Below are positions 60,241-64,000 of a stretch of 64,000 bases of DNA, in pieces (position 1 is the first letter of the stretch; each line of letters begins with the position of its first letter). Both the position numbers and the translations under genes were made by a program. The stretch is from NCBI GenBank assembly GCA_965225855.1, contig CBDDCK010000005.1, positions 640,001 to 704,000 of the forward strand, read 5' to 3'. The notes under the pieces are model-generated. The model was given only the letters and a program-made list of their open reading frames with translations. It was not told the origin of the DNA and did no database searches. Source of the stretch: Spirochaetia bacterium (GTDB lineage Bacteria > Spirochaetota > Spirochaetia > SP-2023).

Positions 60241-62334
60241 TTATTTATTCTTTTCGGCTCGTTTCTTCTGGTATTTTTTAATTAACTCGTCTGCAACCCC
60301 TTGGGGGACTTTAGTGTATTTTGCAAATTCCATAGAAAATTCTGCTTTACCTTGGGTTAAGGAACGCAAGTTGGTTGAATAGCCAAACATTTCTGAAAGT
60401 GGAACTTCAGCCTGAATCGTAACAATCATACCTTCTTCTTGGTTGTCAACAATCATGCCACGGCGTTGATTTAAACTACCGAGTATGGCTCCTTGAAATT
60501 CTGAAGGGCCTTGGACTTCAACCATCATCACTGGCTCAAGAATCACTGGCTTAGCTTTGGCATAAGCTTCGCGAAAAGCACCCACAGCGGCTGCTTGGAA
60601 CGCATTGTCAGAAGAATCCACAGGGTGGCTTTGTCCATCGTTAATGGTCATTCTAATACCAACAATGGGAAACCCAATAAGCGACCCTTCACTTAAACAA
60701 GCTTGGAAACCTTTATCACATGAAGGAATGTATTCGGTAGGAATCACGCCACCTTTGACTTGATTTACAAATTCGTAGTCTCTTTCTTCAAGAGGCTCCA
60801 TAACGCCGGCGACGCGGCCATATTGGCCTGAACCACCTGTTTGTTTTTTGTGGGTATAGTTAAACTCTGCTGCTGTCGAAATAGCTTCACGATAGGCAAC
60901 TTGCGGAGCACCAACGACAACTTCGGCACCGTATTCGCGCTTCATACGCTCAACATATACTTCCAGATGTAATTCACCCATTCCTTGGATAATTGTCTGG
61001 TTAGATTCGTCATCGACATAGGTGCGGAAGGTTGGGTCTTCTTTGGTAAAGCGATTGAGTGCTTTGGCCATTTTGTCCGATGCACTTTTGTCTTTCGGGG
61101 TAATGGACAACGATATAACGGGATTGGGCACATACATCGAGGTCATAGACAGGCTGTATCCTTGCTGGCAGAAGGTATCACCAGAAGCGCAGTCTATACC
61201 AAACAAACCAATAATATCACCCGGCCCCGCTGCCGAAACATCTTCGATACTATTGGAATGAATGCGCACTAGGCGCCCCACTTTAAAACGTTTTTGAGAC
61301 CGAACATTGAGAAGGTCGACACCTTTTTTGACAATTCCTTGGTAAACGCGAACATAGGTCAATTGACCGTATTGCCCGTCATCCAGCTTAAAGGCTAAAG
61401 CAACCGTTGACTTACTGGCATCGGATTCAAGCCCTACTTCAGCTTCATCTTTTTCCAAATCAAGGGCCACATTACTTACATCGCTAGGGCAGGGGAGATA
61501 GCGATCTACAGCATCGAGCAAGGGCTGAACCCCTTTATTTTTATAGGCCGAACCGACAAATACCGGACACAGTTTTAATTCGATTACAGCCTTGCGCACT
61601 ACATCATAAATTAACTCGATTGGAATTTCTTTTTCCTCAAGGATTAATTCCATTAGCTCATCAGAAAAATGGGACAATTCGTCAAGCATTTCATGACGCT
61701 TTTCTTCTGCCTCCACTTTTAAAGCTTCCGATATGCCGGCTTCGCGCACCGAGTAACGCTCATCTGCATCAAAATAAAGAGCCTTCATAGTTATTAAATC
61801 TACGCAACCTTCATGCTTATCCTCCAGTCCAATGGGGATTTGCATCATAACGGGATTGAGGTTTAGTTTATAGCGCAGCTGCTCTTTCACGCGGTATGGG
61901 TTGGCCCCTGTTCGATCACATTTATTTATAAATGCCAAGCGTGGTACATTGTAGCGTTTGAGCTGGCGATCCACGGTAATCGATTGGGACTGCACACCAG
62001 AAACAGAACACAGAACAAGGATAGCACCATCAAGCACACGCAAAGCGCGTTCAACCTCTACTGTAAAATCTACGTGTCCAGGGGTATCAATAATATTGAC
62101 AACTTTATCTTTCCACTGTACTTGGGTGGAAGCTGAAGTTATGGTAATACCACGCTCGCGCTCTAACTCCATGTGATCCATGGTAGCTCCAACCCCATCT
62201 TTACCACGAACCTCATGAATGGCGTGTATGCGCTGACAAAAAAACAAAATTCGTTCTGTTAAAGTTGTTTTACCTGAGTCAATATGCGCACTAATACCGA
62301 TATTACGCATAGTAGGTACATTAATAAGTGCCAT
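60241..62334 (-). CDS. fusA: Elongation factor G
   Basis: [48 protein letters not shown]. Confidence 0.98.
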   Translation of the reverse strand: MALINVPTMRNIGISAHIDSGKTTLTERILFFCQRIHAIHEVRGKDGVGATMDHMELERERGITITSASTQVQWKDKVVNIIDTPGHVDFTVEVERALRVLDGAILVLCSVSGVQSQSITVDRQLKRYNVPRLAFINKCDRTGANPYRVKEQLRYKLNLNPVMMQIPIGLEDKHEGCVDLITMKALYFDADERYSVREAGISEALKVEAEEKRHEMLDELSHFSDELMELILEEKEIPIELIYDVVRKAVIELKLCPVFVGSAYKNKGVQPLLDAVDRYLPCPSDVSNVALDLEKDEAEVGLESDASKSTVALAFKLDDGQYGQLTYVRVYQGIVKKGVDLLNVRSQKRFKVGRLVRIHSNSIEDVSAAGPGDIIGLFGIDCASGDTFCQQGYSLSMTSMYVPNPVISLSITPKDKSASDKMAKALNRFTKEDPTFRTYVDDESNQTIIQGMGELHLEVYVERMKREYGAEVVVGAPQVAYREAISTAAEFNYTHKKQTGGSGQYGRVAGVMEPLEERDYEFVNQVKGGVIPTEYIPSCDKGFQACLSEGSLIGFPIVGIRMTINDGQSHPVDSSDNAFQAAAVGAFREAYAKAKPVILEPVMMVEVQGPSEFQGAILGSLNQRRGMIVDNQEEGMIVTIQAEVPLSEMFGYSTNLRSLTQGKAEFSMEFAKYTKVPQGVADELIKKYQKKRAEKNK

Positions 62335-62558
62335 GTTTAGGCGATCTCCTTTGTGAGAAACCCTAAAATATTTTATCTATATAAAGCAAAACTACTTCCG
62401 ACAAAAATTCTCAGAGCTTTCGGATATTATTATATTAGGAATAATTTCATTACCGATCAAAGCTTGTACATCATTGACTATAAGTTTTGACAAAAGAGGC
62501 ATTATTGTGGCGAAATCTGCAAGAAAAGACAAGATGGATAATAAAAAAAGGAATATGG

Positions 62559-63041
62559 TTACTTTTCTAATTTAAGATTTTTACGCAGGTTTTCTATTGG
62601 CATGCTAAAAAAATCCATATTTATTTTATTTCCTAACATTTTACAATGACCATTGATCTGGGCTCCGCTTTGAATAGACAACTGCTTTGTTAAAATATCT
62701 CCAACCAACTTGCAATTATTGCGCAAGATACTTTTCCCTTGGGCTTGAATGTTGCCCGTAATCTGGCCATAACAGTCTAATATTTGGCAATGAATATCCC
62801 CATCTACTTTTCCACTTTTGCTCAATTCTAAGTTTCCTTCACGCGCTAAGATAGAACCTTCAAGTTTGCCCGAAAAATACATATTCCCTGAAAATTCTAA
62901 TTCTCCATTGATCTGGGCACCTTCTGCAACGCGGGAGGCATTGGCACTGAGCATGCTAGATTCTGAGCCCGGCATATTAGAAGCAGCACTCAAAGCCTCT
63001 ACGATTTTTTCTTTAGGGCTACTTCTACGAAGTCTTGCCAT
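62559..63041 (-). CDS. Bactofilin (polymer-forming cytoskeletal protein)
   Basis: I.G.L...G...G.I beta-helix repeats. Confidence 0.85.
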   Translation of the reverse strand: MARLRRSSPKEKIVEALSAASNMPGSESSMLSANASRVAEGAQINGELEFSGNMYFSGKLEGSILAREGNLELSKSGKVDGDIHCQILDCYGQITGNIQAQGKSILRNNCKLVGDILTKQLSIQSGAQINGHCKMLGNKINMDFFSMPIENLRKNLKLEK

Positions 63042-63137
63042 TCCAATCTTCCCCCGAAATTCAATAGTAATTTAGCCGATTCATTAGCTTGAACTTATTA
63101 CTCATTCTTTTAGAATAAATTTATTTTACTGAAATAA

Positions 63138-63464
63138 TCAATTATTGATCGGATGAACGATAGGCCATGTCACTTGCTTGAGCTCCTTGCCCGCACGGAA
63201 TAACGGTACCCCATGGCTTTCGACAGAAGTAATCTCACCTGTTCTCGGATTACGAGCTTTCTCTTTGCCTTTTCGTGTCCGCACCTCAAAAGTACCAAAC
63301 CCCCGTAACTCGATCACTTTATCCTCTTCTAGCGCATTTTTTACGTTTTCAAAAAAATGATCCAAAATCAACTTAATATCTTTACGATCCAAGTGAACTT
63401 GTTCTTTTAGATCATTTTGAATGTGTTCAACTAGTTCGGCTTTAGTTACTTTTTCTCTTTTCAC
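63138..63464 (-). CDS. HU/IHF-family DNA-binding protein (Hbb-like)
   Basis: TKAELV, IELRGFGTF, ARNPRTGE; adjacent to rpsT as in Borrelia. Confidence 0.92.
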   Translation of the reverse strand: MKREKVTKAELVEHIQNDLKEQVHLDRKDIKLILDHFFENVKNALEEDKVIELRGFGTFEVRTRKGKEKARNPRTGEITSVESHGVPLFRAGKELKQVTWPIVHPINN

Positions 63465-63480
63465 CTGAAACTCCTACAGA

Positions 63481-63753
63481 TTAGCAGTTAGAACCCAAGA
63501 CATTTAGCTTTTTGGCTAAGCGGGATTTTTTACGAGCAGAAAAATTGGGATGGTAAACTTTTTTACCTGTAGCTGTATCAATAAGTTTGGCAAACAAGCG
63601 GAATTGTAATTTAGCAGCTTCTTTGTCTCCTCTTTTCAAGGCAGCTTCAAAGATCTTTATACTGGTCCGTACACGGCTTCGAGTTATTTTGTTGCGACTA
63701 TAACGCACAAGATTTTGGCGATGACGTTTTTTTGCATTTAATGAATTAGGCAA
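63481..63753 (-). CDS. rpsT: 30S ribosomal protein S20
   Basis: TTG start after AAGGAG; PN...AKKR.RQ...RN...RS..RT..K, H.N..ARKKSRL. Confidence 0.93.
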   Translation of the reverse strand: MPNSLNAKKRHRQNLVRYSRNKITRSRVRTSIKIFEAALKRGDKEAAKLQFRLFAKLIDTATGKKVYHPNFSARKKSRLAKKLNVLGSNC

Positions 63754-63821
63754 AATAAACTCCTTAAATATTATTGTAGACAATATGCTACAATACAACT
63801 AAATAATAAATTGTGATTCAA

Positions 63822-63992
63822 TTAGAAAAAATCACTGGGTCTGCGCTCTTGTTGCTTACAAGAATCGCACTCTGCATAGTGCTTCATCTTTCCAGATGAG
63901 AAAATTGATTTCATCTTGATTTCTCCGCCACAAGAATGTAAGATCTTTTTTGTAGAAAAGCTAGCGCGAGCATTTTTACTTTGTTGAGCCAT
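63822..63992 (-). CDS. Small putative zinc-binding protein (56 aa, below the ORF-track cutoff)
   Basis: MAQQSKNARASFSTKKILHSCGGEIKMKSIFSSGKMKHYAECDSCKQQERRPSDFF*; HxC...CxxC. Confidence 0.65.
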   Translation of the reverse strand: MAQQSKNARASFSTKKILHSCGGEIKMKSIFSSGKMKHYAECDSCKQQERRPSDFF

Positions 63993-64000
63993 TTTTATAC

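Noticed and set aside
2179..62176. Numerous 60-210 aa antisense or alternate-frame ORFs overlapping clear genes (e.g. 2587-3096, 19406-19825, 54496-55131)
   Set aside because: Shadow ORFs of well-supported genes

Overview
Bacterial chromosomal window, most likely from a spirochaete (rpsT next to an Hbb/HU-IHF-like gene, spirochaete-type EF-G, lipoproteins and conserved hypotheticals). Housekeeping and metabolic genes flank a ~20 kb type II-C CRISPR-Cas locus: tracrRNA (+), cas9-cas1-cas2 (-), and an array of 202 identical 36-bp repeats with 201 spacers (22644-35944) transcribed on +. Main observations: (1) many spacers, read antisense, translate into Microviridae capsid (VP1), Rep (VP4) and VP5 motifs, and several loci were re-acquired as synonymous variants; (2) three distinct spacers contain a Cas12a (type V-A) crRNA-handle-like sequence, suggesting the targeted element carries V-A repeat mimics or mini-arrays; (3) homologous leader-like hairpins face inward at both ends of the array; (4) an outer-membrane-protein-like gene lies between an orphan repeat and the first array repeat; (5) one spacer matches the host repeat-lipoprotein gene at 28/30; (6) a diverged cas2/leader/repeat duplication is interrupted by a 46-bp palindromic, promoter-bearing repeat also found at the window start; (7) Cas9 has a WED-region insertion and the tracrRNA has a hairpin inserted in its anti-repeat. 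All product calls come from motif recognition by eye; no database searches were run.
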